Counted from the first letter of the whole stretch, positions 25,866 to 37,812 are shown. The stretch: 63,460 nt of DNA, filler included, from Folioceros fuciformis (GCA_049999805.1; 9 parts of 9 records of this genome joined end to end with filler, not necessarily neighbours in it); one strand, 5' to 3'. The notes: generated by a model from the sequence alone, not told the origin. Translations and numbers: made by a program.

Positions 25866-27369
25866 GCTTGCAGCTGCAGTTATGGCCCTGCAGCGTCGAG
25901 TTCCTCGCTCCGCACAGCAGGGCAAGCGGCTTTGCCAAGAAGTGCAAGCGTGCTGCTTGCCAGTGAGGAGTAATTGCACCAGGCCGGGCCATATGTATGT
26001 ATCTACAGTACGTACTGCTCCAGACTCCATGGCTGGCCAGAATCTCCAGATCTGCAGGTCAAATGCAACGACTGGGAGCCAGCGCCGATGCCCCGTCCAA
26101 TTGCATGGAACGACGACAAGCTTAAGACACAACTTGCTTGCTTCGTCGGCTGGCGCGGGCTTCCATGGATTCCCGCCTTTTGGCGAGCTGCAGGCAGTAC
26201 TCCATTGAAATGTAATTGCGCCAAGTCGGGGCGCGCGCGCCGCAGGCCCCAGGCTCTCATGATCTGATCCTCATCTTGCTGGTTGGTGGATTGATTGCTT
26301 TGTGCACATTCCACCTTCCCGATGTCGTTGGCCTTTGCGGCCTCCAATCCGTGCCACCAGCATCTCGCCGGCTTCCCCGTCCTGCGAGCATGGGATGGCT
26401 CTCCCATATCCAGAATCGCAAGTCACATCTTCCCTTCACCTCAAGGCAACCTGGAGTTTTCAGGTCTACATACATCCATATGTACTAGGTACGTACCAGT
26501 TGTTCTTCTGTCTTGCATTGAATGGCTCCAACACCAGGATTCCGATTCCATGTCGGGTAGTTTATGACAACGTGGGCTTTTTTCTCGTTATCGGGGACGG
26601 ATTTTTCTATTGACGAGCAAACCGGCCCAACCGGAACACAGCCCACCACACGCCTCAACTTACTTATTTATGCTCTTATTATTTGCTCAAAAGTTTATAT
26701 ATAAAAGTTACAAACAGATATAAGTCTCACTTCTGAATATCTAGATTTATTAACTGCTCTATAAAAGTATTCATTCGAAGGTATGTCTGAAGGTCAGAAT
26801 GGTCCCATTTTGCATGTAGCGAGAGTTGCAGCCCATTCGATAACTTTTCAATAAGAGGTTCCAAACGTGGTTCATGATGAATATACTTTGACGCTAACTT
26901 CAGCAAACTCTTCCTTGTGAAGATATTGGGTCTTAGGTTCAAATTGGTTAAATACTTCTTCTATTTCTCCCAATGTCGATTGGTGCGTTCAATATCTGGC
27001 ACATATGGCTTTCCCATCTACGACCCTTCAATCAATACACACAAAGAGGATTCAATGCGCGCATACAACAAGCAAAGTTTGATATATTACCTAATCCAAC
27101 ACAAAGCATCTTGATCTTCTAGTCAGATCCAAAACCAAGTCAAAAGAAACACAAAATATAGATCAAAGAGGAAAAAAGGATTGATCAAAACAGAACAAAA
27201 CGCACCACTTGTTCAATCACGCAAGGTGATGCGGTGAGCAAGGTGCTTCTCACGGTGATGGTTTGGAGAGACACACAAGAGACATGATTCTTCTTTACTA
27301 TAGGACATTGGATTCTTTCTTTTGTACTCTAAGTTCTTAGATACCAATCTCAAGATGGGTTCACTCCAT

Positions 27370-28002
27370 TGTAGTGAGAGAAAGCCACCACACATGGACA
27401 AGCAAGGACTCTGGCCAAAGGAGAATGCATGAGACCGATGAGTGCAATTCGCCGTAGTGAGAAAAAGCCACCACACACGGGCAAGCAAGGACTCCGATCA
27501 AAGGAGAATGCATGAGACCTTTCACAAAATGGTCCTACTATTGCAAGAAGCTTCCATGCAGCGAATGTTTGACACAAAGTGGTAGTCATGGTTGGCTGAA
27601 GTAGAGTAGACGAGTAGACTCATGGAACGAAAANNNNNNNNNNACACACATTCTATTGGTACATATTCACTTGTTACAAGGACAAGAGCAGTAGATAGAT
27701 CTGATTGAAGTTCATGAGAGGAGGACACCGTCGGTCCTACTATTGCAACAAGCTTCCATGGAAAGAATGTCTGACACAAAGTGGTAGTCATGGTTGGCTG
27801 AAGTAGAGTAGACGAGTAAACTCATGGAATGAGAAGCCCCAAAATCTAGGTACACACATTCTATTGGTACATGTCTACTTGTTACAAGGACAAGAGCAGT
27901 AGATAGATCTTATTGAAGTTCATGAGAGGAGGACACCGTCTAATTTGTCCCTGTTACATAGCTGGAGATGGAGCCCAATTACATAGTTGGAGATGGAGCC
28001 CA
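27370..28002. repeat. Cluster of direct tandem duplications (~81-bp x2, ~200-bp x2, 25-bp x2) in AT-richer DNA
   Basis: GTAGTGAGA..GAGAATGCATGAGACC twice (27370-27518); GGTCCTACTATTGCAA..GGACACCGTC twice (27531-27940); TTACATAGCTGGAGATGGAGCCCAA twice (27953-28002). Confidence 0.85.
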
Positions 28003-29362
28003 ATGGCATGAGAGGTCGTCGTAAGTATCTTGAACACTTTCAATTTCCTTGCTTGTAATATATAGCACCGTGGTACATAGAAAGAATGAACTTGGTACTT
28101 ACAAAGGATGAACATGGTGGGCAGGATGAACATGGATGGATGGATGCGCTTTGAGCTGTGGACAAACGGTGGTCTTGTAGGTGTGATTGGTATTCTATTG
28201 AGAATATATAGCGCTTTTGATAAGTGTATTATGTGGATACGTAGATAAGCAGTAGGAGCAGCAGGAGGAGGAGGGTCGGGAGAGAAATGAGTTACGCGTA
28301 TACGGTTGAGTTGAGTAGGACGGTACGTGAAAGGGTTGCCTGCCCTATGTATCTCGTTTGCTCCATTTCAGTCTGAATCTTGCCGTGTTCTGTTTCATTG
28401 GAATCCTCTCGTCGCTTCTCTGGCTCGGTCCAGATCACTGTCTGTGTGGACTTTTGAGGATTCAGCGTGTCACTTGTTTTGGAAGGCATTGCGTGGGATC
28501 CCGGTCCTCGTGAGGATTTGTGTGATCGGGTGAGTGAAGATGTGAGCAAGAGGCACGGGCCCCTCCCCTGATGAGAAAGCGGTTTGAGGACCACAGATGC
28601 TGTTGCGAGGCGAAGGTGGTACGGACGGTTTGGGTCTGTACAGCATGAGCAGAGAATTTCTGGATTCTGTAGTAGCCGGATGGTAGGCCTCGCCTCTGGT
28701 GCAGTTGCACCAGGGAAGCTGGCATGGCGTGGTGGATCTCCTGAAGGCGGCTCCAGGTAAGGTAGCGTTTGTGTTCGACGAAATTGGTGAACCGGTGTCT
28801 GCCGAGGGAGTAGAATTGGGAAGGAACCGGAGAGAGGCTGCGTGCTTGGGGCATTGTAGAGTGCACTAGTCTATCCAGCTCACGAGATTTCGATGCGAGT
28901 GGCACTTGAGGAAGGTTGGAGGGTCTGTTCGGGAGCCAGAAATCTTCTTGTGCGGACAGGGGTTTCTGGCTGGGCTGGAGGCCATGGAATTTTGTGGAAT
29001 TTTGGACTCCAAGTGCTTGACGAACAGAACTTTCTTGCTTCTCGTTGCGGCAGAATTCTACACTGCGGTTGCGAAGTTCACGGCCAAGGTCTGCCGGACG
29101 ATCTGCGTGTAGAGTGAAAGCGGGTGTTCGAGGGGCTCGGTGAGAGTGAGGGGAGGACGATGGTGGACGGTCCAGAAGGCTACCGCAAGGGGGACGAGGA
29201 CGCGCAGAGGTTGCAGCGTGAGCTCTACGGTCTGGTGTAGGAAACCGTGCTCCCACAGGTAGCGTGGAGAGGAAGGAATAGCGGGGGGATGAGACGGGGG
29301 TGGGAAGTGAGACTCGTGGTTGCGGATCGTTTGCAGCTGAGGCAACGGCAGCAGCCGTAGCA

Positions 29363-32300
29363 ATGATCGACGAGAGTGGTATGAGGAGGGCCAGCAGTGA
29401 GAGAGGGGTTTCTAGTTTGGATTCCCCTCCGAATGAAGGGGCTAAGCAGACGAGTGAAGTGCAAGATGATGAGGAGGAGGATATGGAAGATGATGGAGAT
29501 GCAGCTGACGATGAGGGGGCGAAAGCTGCAGACTCTCCAGGGCTCAGCGAGACGAAGAATGCAGCTCTGCTCGCCAAGCTTGAGCAGCATAAGCTCAAGA
29601 AGAAAAGTCCTTGTCCAGATGTGCCTCTCTGCAGGCTCCGCAGCATGCAGATTGTAAGGCCAATTTTGAAGCAGGAAGATGTGAATGAGGTGGCTTCAAG
29701 GTTTGCTTCTTCAGGCTACCGTCGGCAAGCATGGCCCTTCTGGGTCTCTGTGATTGGGGAAGATCTGAGGGGAGCAGGGCCTTTGGAGCCAGAGAAGGGC
29801 GATCAGTGGGACGATTGCTGGGCAGAGGTGGATGCCAAATTCCAAGAGGAGCTCAGGCAAGACGCAGAGTGGAGTTTTTTGCAGGGAAAGATGCTCTGGG
29901 TTTGGGATGGAAATCACAGGCTGCAAGGCTGGCTTGAGGTGATCAGAACTCTGCACCCCAATGATCTGGATTGGCATGTTCGTGTGAAGGTGGAGGTACT
30001 AGATGTAAATGAGAGTAATCGCATGCAGATTCTCCAAGCAGCTCATGGGCTGAACGAGTAAGCATCTTGCACGGCCGTCGTTATCTGAGCAGCAGTGGCC
30101 AGGTCCTGAGATGGAGAGGCAATTTGTTAGAGCTTATCAGAACCTCTTTGTCCTAGGCACGCCTAAAACTTCTCTTGTGTTTCCATGTTACGTCAAAGAG
30201 TAATTCTGAAGAATCTATTGTACTGGCTGTCGTGAGCAGGTTCATCGGATCTGGGCACGTACAGACGAATGCCTTGCATGAGATCTACTATGTTCAAAAG
30301 GTGGGTCTTGGACCTCTGGAACAATATGCATCTCGCCTCTCCGCCAAAGACCTGCAAGAATGCCAAAAGAAACTCCCACCTGACCAAGGAGGAACGTGGT
30401 ATTGTCTCACGTTGAATTCTCTGGTTGACATCCTAGCTGCAAATGACGTAATTGCAGAATCACACAAGGCTGCCGTGCGTTATGACAAATCGACTCCAGC
30501 ATGCAGTCAATCGGAGAGAAGTAGGGCCGAAGCCATAGAAAAGGCTGTAGCAAGTGTCCGGAAGAAGACAGGCAGTCGGCTTCTGAAATTGCTGCCTGTA
30601 GCAGATCCTCGGCTTGGTGAGGAGTGGCTGCAGGCCATCAAAGAGGGAGCGGGAAAGGGGATCTTGAAGGGGGGAGGTAAATGTAACTATAAGCTGGGAT
30701 CGGAAAAGCTTTATCACATTGCTGTGGCCAAGGTGCCGGCACATGCTAAGACTGAGTGGGTTAGGCTTGGTACAGGGGATGAAGCTGAGAGACTGAGAAG
30801 AGGTTATCCAAAGCCAGTTCCCACGGAAATAGACTTCATAGAGTGGGTTGGGAGAGAGACATGGTGGTGGCAAGTGGAAGATCAGGCAGCCAGACTTGTG
30901 GCAGAGTTTGAAAACCAAGAGGTGGGGCCATTGGTAAAGCTGGCTGTGGGAACCACTGCAGCTCAGCCTCTTGGTCAGTGGTTGGAGGGCTGGAAGTGCA
31001 AATACTACAAATTTTTATTTGGGGAGCAGCTGAAGCGTGCAGACAAAAAGGCTTCTCTCAGTCAGCAGGAAGGTGGAGCTTTGGCAGCCAAGCGGATAGC
31101 ATTCAGATATGTGAAGTATCTGTTGGATAACGGATTTGCGGACCGGGAACCAGTTGGCCTTGCAGAGTTCAGGTCGGATGACTCAGAGCTAACCATGTAT
31201 GATGGTAATCAACGCCAAATCATGACATTGTGGGAGGCAGAGAATTGCCCTTGGTGGCTAGATATGTCCAAGCCTCCTGAGGAAGAGAAGCACCTGTTTG
31301 AAGACCACAAGGCGGGACACCTGAGAGTCGCTTCCAGTGAAAGGACTCGAGAGGAGAAGGAAGTCGCAGTGCAAGCTGCGAAGGAGGCTGCTGCAAAAGC
31401 TGAGGCAAGACGGATGCAGGAGTTGGGGCCTGTGAAGAACCTTAAGCGCAAGGCACAGAGACGGAAAAGAGAACATTTTGAAAAGGTAGAGGGTTCTCAA
31501 GGGGAGCAGTCAGATAGCAGCCAGATTCGCAAGAGGAGGAAGCCTGCTAGAACAGTGAAGGTTCAGACACACGTGGCCAGGGAAGCTGGAGAAGCAGTTC
31601 CACAAGATGGAGGAGAGGGTTGGATGCAAACCAGTAAGGGGCATAGGTCTTGGGCAAATTTGTCGAGACAGGCCGACTCCATGTGCCGCAATCTTCATTT
31701 ACCTCAGGAACTTCCTGGGAAACGTGTGGTTGCCGAAGTGGTTTGTGCTGCAGTGGATTATGTTGAGCTTGCGACACAGCTGGAGCAGCACCAACGGGTG
31801 AAGGCTGCAAGAATTCAAGCGGAGAATAGGGGTGAAAAGGCTGTTGGGAGCAGCAATCAGTCGGCCATGGAGGTGCCACTGCCTGCAGTATGGTTCGAGT
31901 TGGTCCATTTTCTCACTAGAAATGCAGGAGGCAGAGTTCCCACGTGCGGGGGTATCCAGAGGAAGTGGGCAGCTGAGATGGTGCTCTGCGACGTCCCAAC
32001 CGGACATCCTGTTCCTGGCTGCTCTGCCGACCTCGCTACGGTGCCCTCCTGGAACAAGTTCTCGCATGACCAGATTCCAAGGTGCATTCAGCTGGCAAGA
32101 GCAATACTGAGCGATAACGGCTGTTTGATCATGGTAGCTCAGTCCACTGTGGACACCTGTGTTGATATACATCGGCATGTGCAATCGAACAAAATGAAAA
32201 TTGCCAAGACATGGACAGTAATACAGGAGCAACCTTTGGATCACTATCAGGGACAAGAGAAAAAAACATGCATGGTGCATTGCGTGGTGAGGAAGGACTG

Positions 32301-32898
32301 CAAGTTTGCTTTCAAGCAACTCATCCGCCCTATGGACCCTGATTGTGATCCCGTTACAACGGATGTCTTAAGAAGTTTGGTGCCTCCGTGGGGCTACACC
32401 AAGAGGAGAGAAATAGGCGGAGCACCACGATTCTTGTGGCGAGGAGGCAGAGAGAAGGCTCAATCTTTGTGGCAGCAACTGATCGAGTGTTGCACATTGG
32501 AGGGAGACCGTATTGTTGACTTCACAGCAGGAACAGGCAAGCCTACAGGGCAGTCGAACTCCGTAATGTTGCAGTTAAGGAGAGCAGCTTTCTCACATTT
32601 CTTTCTTTTTCTGGTGCAGGAGGGGCCATGATCGGTGCAGAGATCAGCGGTCGACATCTGTTCGCTATGGAGCGTGATGAAGAGTTAGTGCATGAAGTAC
32701 TATTTCACTTACAGCGACGGCCACAGGAAATGCTGCCTGGTCCCTCTTCCCCATCTTCTGGTTCAGAGGTGTCAAGGCCGTATGTTTTGGATCCTTCTGT
32801 AAGAGAAGTCGCAAACTGCAACCCAAGTTCTCATCATAATCTATGCAGAATCCGCCTCTCCTCTCATACCTGTTCCTTTTTCCATACAGTTTTTCTGA
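29363..32898 (+). CDS. ParB/Srx-like domain fused to a beta-class amino-(N6A/N4C) DNA methyltransferase-like domain, ~1,050 aa (exons 29363-30057, 30240-32536, 32620-~32798; last exon uncertain)
   Basis: ParB-like: VRP..EDVNEVASRF..GY..PFWV..LWVWDGNHRLQGW (DGNHR 29906-29920). MTase: MVLCDVPTG (motif IV position, 31990-32001), REKAQSLWQQLIECCTLEGDRIVDFTAGTG|GAMIGAEISGRHLFAMERD (motifs X-I-II). Basic NLS-like KRKAQRRKR and RKRRKP. Confidence 0.8.
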
Positions 32899-33250
32899 AG
32901 CGGGGAGACTGAAGAATGCACGGAACCATGGACATCTGTTTTGACACCACATGGCACCTTGTATATAGCACAAATTCAATCCTTCTATTCTTGCGCAAAG
33001 CCAAGAGGTGTCAATACCCCAAGCCCATCAAAGGCCTTGGCTTGGTGTCGTTCCTGCCAAGGTGGCCCTGTCCCAGAGCATGTCGGATCAGAGGATCCAC
33101 TGGGGCATAGGCACGTTGACAACAGCTTGTCCAGCCTTCGGAGGAGGCAGGGGTCTGTGTTCTCGATTTAGTTCGCTATCGACACTGTGTGAAAGAGGGC
33201 TGGGACAGCGCTGAAACGAAGTTGCTGGACACAACACACTTAAAGATGTA

Positions 33251-34182
33251 TCATCTTGGAGTGACCCGTCGTCGTGGTCTCAGTGTCTCCCGTCTTAAGA
33301 ATTCTTTCTCTAAATCATTGAGCGGCCGTTGCGTACCATCCGGCAAAGCTATAAAGCGCCTTCCTCCCCCATGCTTTCCTCGTTTCCCCCCTGACCCAAG
33401 CTCCTCCACGACATAACTCCACCCTTCCGCCGGCCTCCGTCGCGACAGCATGTTGGTCTTCACAACTCCCGAAATCTGCAACCAAAACCGGGCATTCTCA
33501 GTCTACGTGCCAAACACCAAACACATGGCTCCTGACTCTACGCCAATCCCCTAACAGTACAAACAAAAAACACACTCACAATCTTCTTATTGAAGCGCAT
33601 TCGCTGCTCGAACTCCTCCACCAGCATCTGCTCCACCTTGGACAAACCCGCTCCGTGCTGCTGCTGGTCCCCCCAATCCTGCATAGCACCGTGCCGCTCC
33701 CCTTCCCCGAAATCGTGCGAGCTGGCAGGCCATGGCAACCCAAACGAATCAGCTGCAGCCTTGAACCCCCGAGACACCAGGATCGTTCACGCGCCCACTC
33801 ACCCGTGGATCTCCGCGAACTCCTTCTCCAACGCATCGTCAAGGGGCGCGCCCTTGGCAGCCTCTACCCTCTTCTCCTCTTCCTTGAGCCACAGTATGGC
33901 ATGCACCCGCTGCCTGGACACCCGGAACTCCGCCGCCAGCCTCTCCACAGTGGTCGGCCCCGGGTTGTCCAAGTACGTCCTCCAAATCGTCTCCTTGCTC
34001 TTGTCCGACAAGCAAGCTGCCTTCAAATCGGGCTCAATTCCGCCAAACTTGAAGATCATCGGCTTCTCTCCATATCCATCAGCATCTACCACAATCGATC
34101 GAGATCCCGCTCTCGCTCCGATCGGAACCCTAGCACGCAGCAGCGTGTCGGCCGCTCGAGCCGCGCGCCCGAAACGCAGCAT
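33251..34182 (-). CDS. GCD1: GAMETE CELL DEFECTIVE 1-like mitochondrial ribosomal protein (mS45 family), 3 exons
   Basis: TVERLAAEFRVSRQRVHAILWLKE, EEFEQRMRFNKK, SRRRPAEGWSYVVEELG..GKRG..LPDGTQRPLN. Introns ~33802-33722 and ~33579-33477. Arg-rich presequence. Confidence 0.85.
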
Positions 34183-34515
34183 AGGCGAGGCTGGCTCCTC
34201 TCCGCACGGTGTGCCCAGACTCGCGCGGCTGGAAACTAAGTTAGAGTTAGGATTGGAGTTAGAGTTGGAGCTGGAGAGGGTAGATTCTAGGGCTCCGAGA
34301 CCGAGCTCCTGTCCGTTGGTCCGGACACTGGACTCCCTTCTTCCCCCGCTTTTCTAGGACACTGCTCACGCGTCTCGAGCATATCGAGCCCGTCGCATTC
34401 GTGTGCGCGTCTCATCTTGCCGGTCGCATCGTCTTGCTTGGTGTCTGGTGTCTGCAGTCGAGCTGTCGAGATGGCATTCGAGCTCCGAGCAATTGCAGTG
34501 TGAAAGTTATCGGGC

Positions 34516-35018
34516 ATGGCGAGAGACTCCTTCTCGTCGCCGAAGCGCAGGCTCCCCGTGAGCCCGCGATTATGGCGGGCAGGCGGTTCGCAGCCGAAGC
34601 GTCTGGATTTTTCGAGCGTCGATGCTATCGCGGGATCGAGCAGCTCCTGCGACGAGCTTGAAGATCCGCTCAGGAACGCGCGCAAGAGCAGGCTCAGGCC
34701 CAGGCCCAGGCTGGGTTCGGGTCCGCAATCAGACGAGTCGGACGACGACGTGGTGCTTGTCGAGAGGCCTCTTGCCCAGATCACCAAGAAGGCCAAGGTC
34801 GGACCTCGGGGTCTCCCTGCCGCGGGTGCCGGGGGCCTGCATGCAAGCCATGCCGACCCCGGGCTGCCCTCTCCGTCCAAAATGCTTCCCGGCTATGACG
34901 CTGCCAGGAAAATGCTGCTGGGTTCCAAGCTCAGCTTCGGGTCCAGCAATAGCTGGGAGCGGCAATTTGGCGTTGGGGGAGGGCAGCGGCAGATGTGGAA
35001 GGAGGGGTATGCAGGTGA
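34516..35018 (+). CDS. N-terminal exon of an unidentified protein, truncated by gap
   Basis: ATG-initiated, GC-rich, Ser/Arg-rich ORF divergent from GCD1 (334-bp spacer), ending at a likely donor CAG|GTGA before the Ns. Confidence 0.5.
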
Positions 35019-35918
35019 NNNNNNNNNNNNNNNNNNNNNNNNNNNNNNNNNNNNNNNNNNNNTTAATTAATTAANNNNNNNNNNNNNNNNNNNNNNNNNN
35101 NNNNNNNNNNNNNNNNNNCTCCAAGTAAGGTGTTTTTTTTTAGAGACCGTATACGGTCCGTATACGTATACCCTCCCCCTTGTATTTTATACGGTTTAGA
35201 TACGTATTAATACGTATTAATACGTATTCCGTATACGCACCCCCGTATTCCTTTTCTTTTTATTTTCCTAATTTCCCCTTTCCTATTTTCTTCCCTATTT
35301 TTCTGGATTTAATTCCAGAAATTCCATTTCAACTCCGTTTCACCTGCTTTCTTTTCCCCTTAGTTCAGGGCCTTCCCCAGCACCCTAGGGTCAGNNNNNN
35401 NNNNNNNNNNNNNNNNNNNNNNNNNNNNNNNNNNNNNNNNNNNNNNNNNNNNNNNNNNNNNNNNNNNNNNNNNNNNNNNNNNNNNNNNNNNNNNCTCCTC
35501 CCCTAGAGGCTGGCTCAGCCACCAAGGGTGAACAGCTGCAGGGGAAGACTTAGCGGGCGACCATCCAGCAAGGAAGAGGCGGCGTCCGCAGACCTTTGAA
35601 GATCAGACATCCTCTGAAGTCTCAGGATAGTCCAAGAGGTGGTAGATCCTTGTGGTGGTAGGGCCAGGAGCTCATTGGTGGCAGGTTGTGCTAGAAGTCT
35701 AAATAAGTGGCTGGTGACAGCCGGATAGGCTATTAAAATAATATTTCTCAAGTTAGAGAGAGGTGAAGTCAGAGAGAGAGAGAGGCTCCTATAAGATCAG
35801 GTGAGCCTGTAGGAAGAAGGAGTCATTCACTTTTGGGAGTCAGTCTATCTCTTTGTGAGCTCTTGGAGGTCCTCTCTTCTTGAGCTCTTGTGGTCTGTCC
35901 CTGCTTGGTCTAGGACCT

Positions 35919-36041
35919 GCAGTGTGTTGCCGGCTGTGCAACGTCTGGTAGGATCGCAGGCAGCGTGTTGCCGGCTGTACAGTGTCTGGTAGGATCGCGG
36001 GCAGCGTGTTGCCGGTTGTATAGTGTCTGGTAGGATCACAA
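35919..36041 (+). repeat. 3 x 41-bp tandem repeat
   Basis: GCAGCGTGTTGCCGGCTGTACAGTGTCTGGTAGGATCGCRG at 35919, 35960 and 36001. Confidence 0.92.
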
Positions 36042-36538
36042 GGTGTAATGACCAGGGTGAAGGGGCTTGCCCCTAGCTCTTGATTGTAAAGGGTGTGTCT
36101 TCCTCTCGACCTGTCCACTCTTGTTCCTTGCTTGGTCAAGTGTTGTAGGCCGGCTATGTCTCATGGCGTCTGGTAAGGTTGTGGGGAGGAGATACCCAAG
36201 AGGGGAGTGTGTTCCCTTCTTCCTTTTGTTTGGGGTTAGTCTAGTGACTCTTGCCGGGTAGGAGGAGTCCGTAGGGAAGTATACAAGGTAGTGGTGTCGT
36301 TGCTGGTTGCTAGTAGTTGCTGGTGTTGGTGCTGGAGCGAGAGAGTGAGTGAAGTGAGTGAAGGAAGACGCAGATCTGAGAGGTTAGAGTCGTTGTAGTG
36401 ACTGGAGTGAGNNNNNNNNNNNNNNNNNNNNNNNNNNNNNNNNNNNNNNNNNNNNTTAATTAATTAANNNNNNNNNNNNNNNNNNNNNNNNNNNNNNNNN
36501 NNNNNNNNNNNGAAAGACATAATTGGCATGTCTACTCC

Positions 36539-37237
36539 CTATTGCTGAGCTAGAAGTGGCGCTTGTGTTTGAGCAGCAGTGTGTGAGGTCACAAAATGAG
36601 ACCAAGATTCAGGAAGGGAGAGCATGAGCCTCATCACCATTTTGTCATCAGTCATACTAACTTTGGAAGCTCCTTCCAATCTTGAGGCTAGAATCCTGAA
36701 TGTATTCACATGCTCCTCCACTGAATCACCTTCCCTCAATCTCAAGTTTTGGAAATTCCTCAAAGCAGTCATTGCACTAACCATATTCTAACCTGCATAC
36801 AATTCCTTGAGGCGTGTNNNNNNNNNNNNNNNNNNNNNNNNNNNNNNNNNNNNNNNNNNNNNNNNNNNNNNNNNNNNNNNNNNNNNNNNNNNNNNNNNNN
36901 NNNNNNNNNNNNNNNNNGTTAGGCCACTACGAATTAGGTATTTGGTTGCACTGTCTTTAGCTAACCAATCTCCTTCGGCTGCAGTCCCTACGCCAGGAAA
37001 AAATATATTTCCAGTTGCATATTTTGGGAGTCCTCTCATTTCAAGGACGCCTTCCATCCGAATAAGCCAGATATCAAAGTCAGTACCATTAAATCTATCC
37101 TTGTCTTTAAAAGTTTTTGTGCTAAGGATAGATGATGACGAAACTATATCCCTCAGGTTCGAGCTGAATGATGTAAATATAGGCTCTGCTTTGTTTATAT
37201 CAAAATTTATTTCTTGATCACTGTTTGATTCGGCCAT
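36539..37237 (-). mobile_element. Ty1/copia gag fragment (UBN2-type)
   Basis: FNGTDFDIWLIRMEGVLEMRGL and LRLREGDSVEEHVNTF..LMLSLPESWSHFVTS. Interrupted by a stop and Ns. Confidence 0.85.
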
Positions 37238-37247
37238 ACACTTCTAC

Positions 37248-37812
37248 TCACAATGCATGTTTTTGGCGCTGCAGAATCCACCCCCACACACCTCTTCTAG
37301 TTGTAGGCTTGGAGTTTCTCATATCAACTTTGTTATAAATATTTGTGGAGCACGAGGAACATATATTGGGTAAGGTAAACCTTCGTACACGTTTTGCCTT
37401 ACACGTGCGCTTACATGCTATATTTCTGAAGGCTGAATCATTAATTTGCTTGGATTTCAGTAGCACAACAAGCTTGTTGTCCAAGTAAGAAATTTGTTCC
37501 TTCAAATATTGTAAGTCCACGCTTGTTGTAGATAAATGTCCTCGTATTTGATTGCAGCATCTGTCTAAAATCTTATTGCTTGTCTCAAGATGTTGAATTA
37601 TTGTATTAACATCTATATGTGTGACAGCCTCAGCAAAAGAAGGATCATAAAAATTATGTCCTACAATGCCTTTTTGTACACATCCTCTTGATGAATTTAA
37701 TAATCCTTGTGAAGGAAGAGCAAACAACAGATTCGACTCTATTGGGTAAAGTGCTGCAATTAAAACATTGAAAGCTATTTGTAAGTTAGTAATCAAAAAA
37801 ATTGTGACTCAT
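37248..37812 (-). CDS. Unknown ~185-aa ORF directly upstream of the copia gag
   Basis: Open for 182 codons in AT-rich DNA. An ATG at 37812 is in frame if one T of a T7 run is removed. Coiled-coil-like LQYLKEQISYLDNKL and a CxxxC..CxxC cluster. Confidence 0.45.

Noticed and set aside
28462-29646. 394-aa minus-strand ORF as one gene
   Set aside because: Its first half is the antisense shadow of the acidic N-terminus of the ParB-MTase gene and has no ATG start. Only the distal 130 codons remain a weak candidate.
29363-32898. Bacterial contamination as the source of the ParB-MTase ORF
   Set aside because: It has spliceosomal introns and is contiguous, without a linker or gap, with plant GCD1.
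33780-33801. In-frame TGA codons in GCD1 as readthrough or RNA-editing sites
   Set aside because: They fall within a normal ~80-nt GT-AG intron (33802-33722) whose removal restores the frame.
34240-34277. TTAGAG/TTGGAG hexamers (and TTAGGGTTAGGG at ~47361) as interstitial telomere
   Set aside because: Too short and degenerate to distinguish from low-complexity promoter sequence.
21095-35240. Inverted pair of TACGTAT-rich ends as TIRs enclosing the ParB-MTase contig
   Set aside because: The presumed termini face the wrong way (elements extend outward), both lie across assembly linkers, and the enclosed genes are ordinary host genes.
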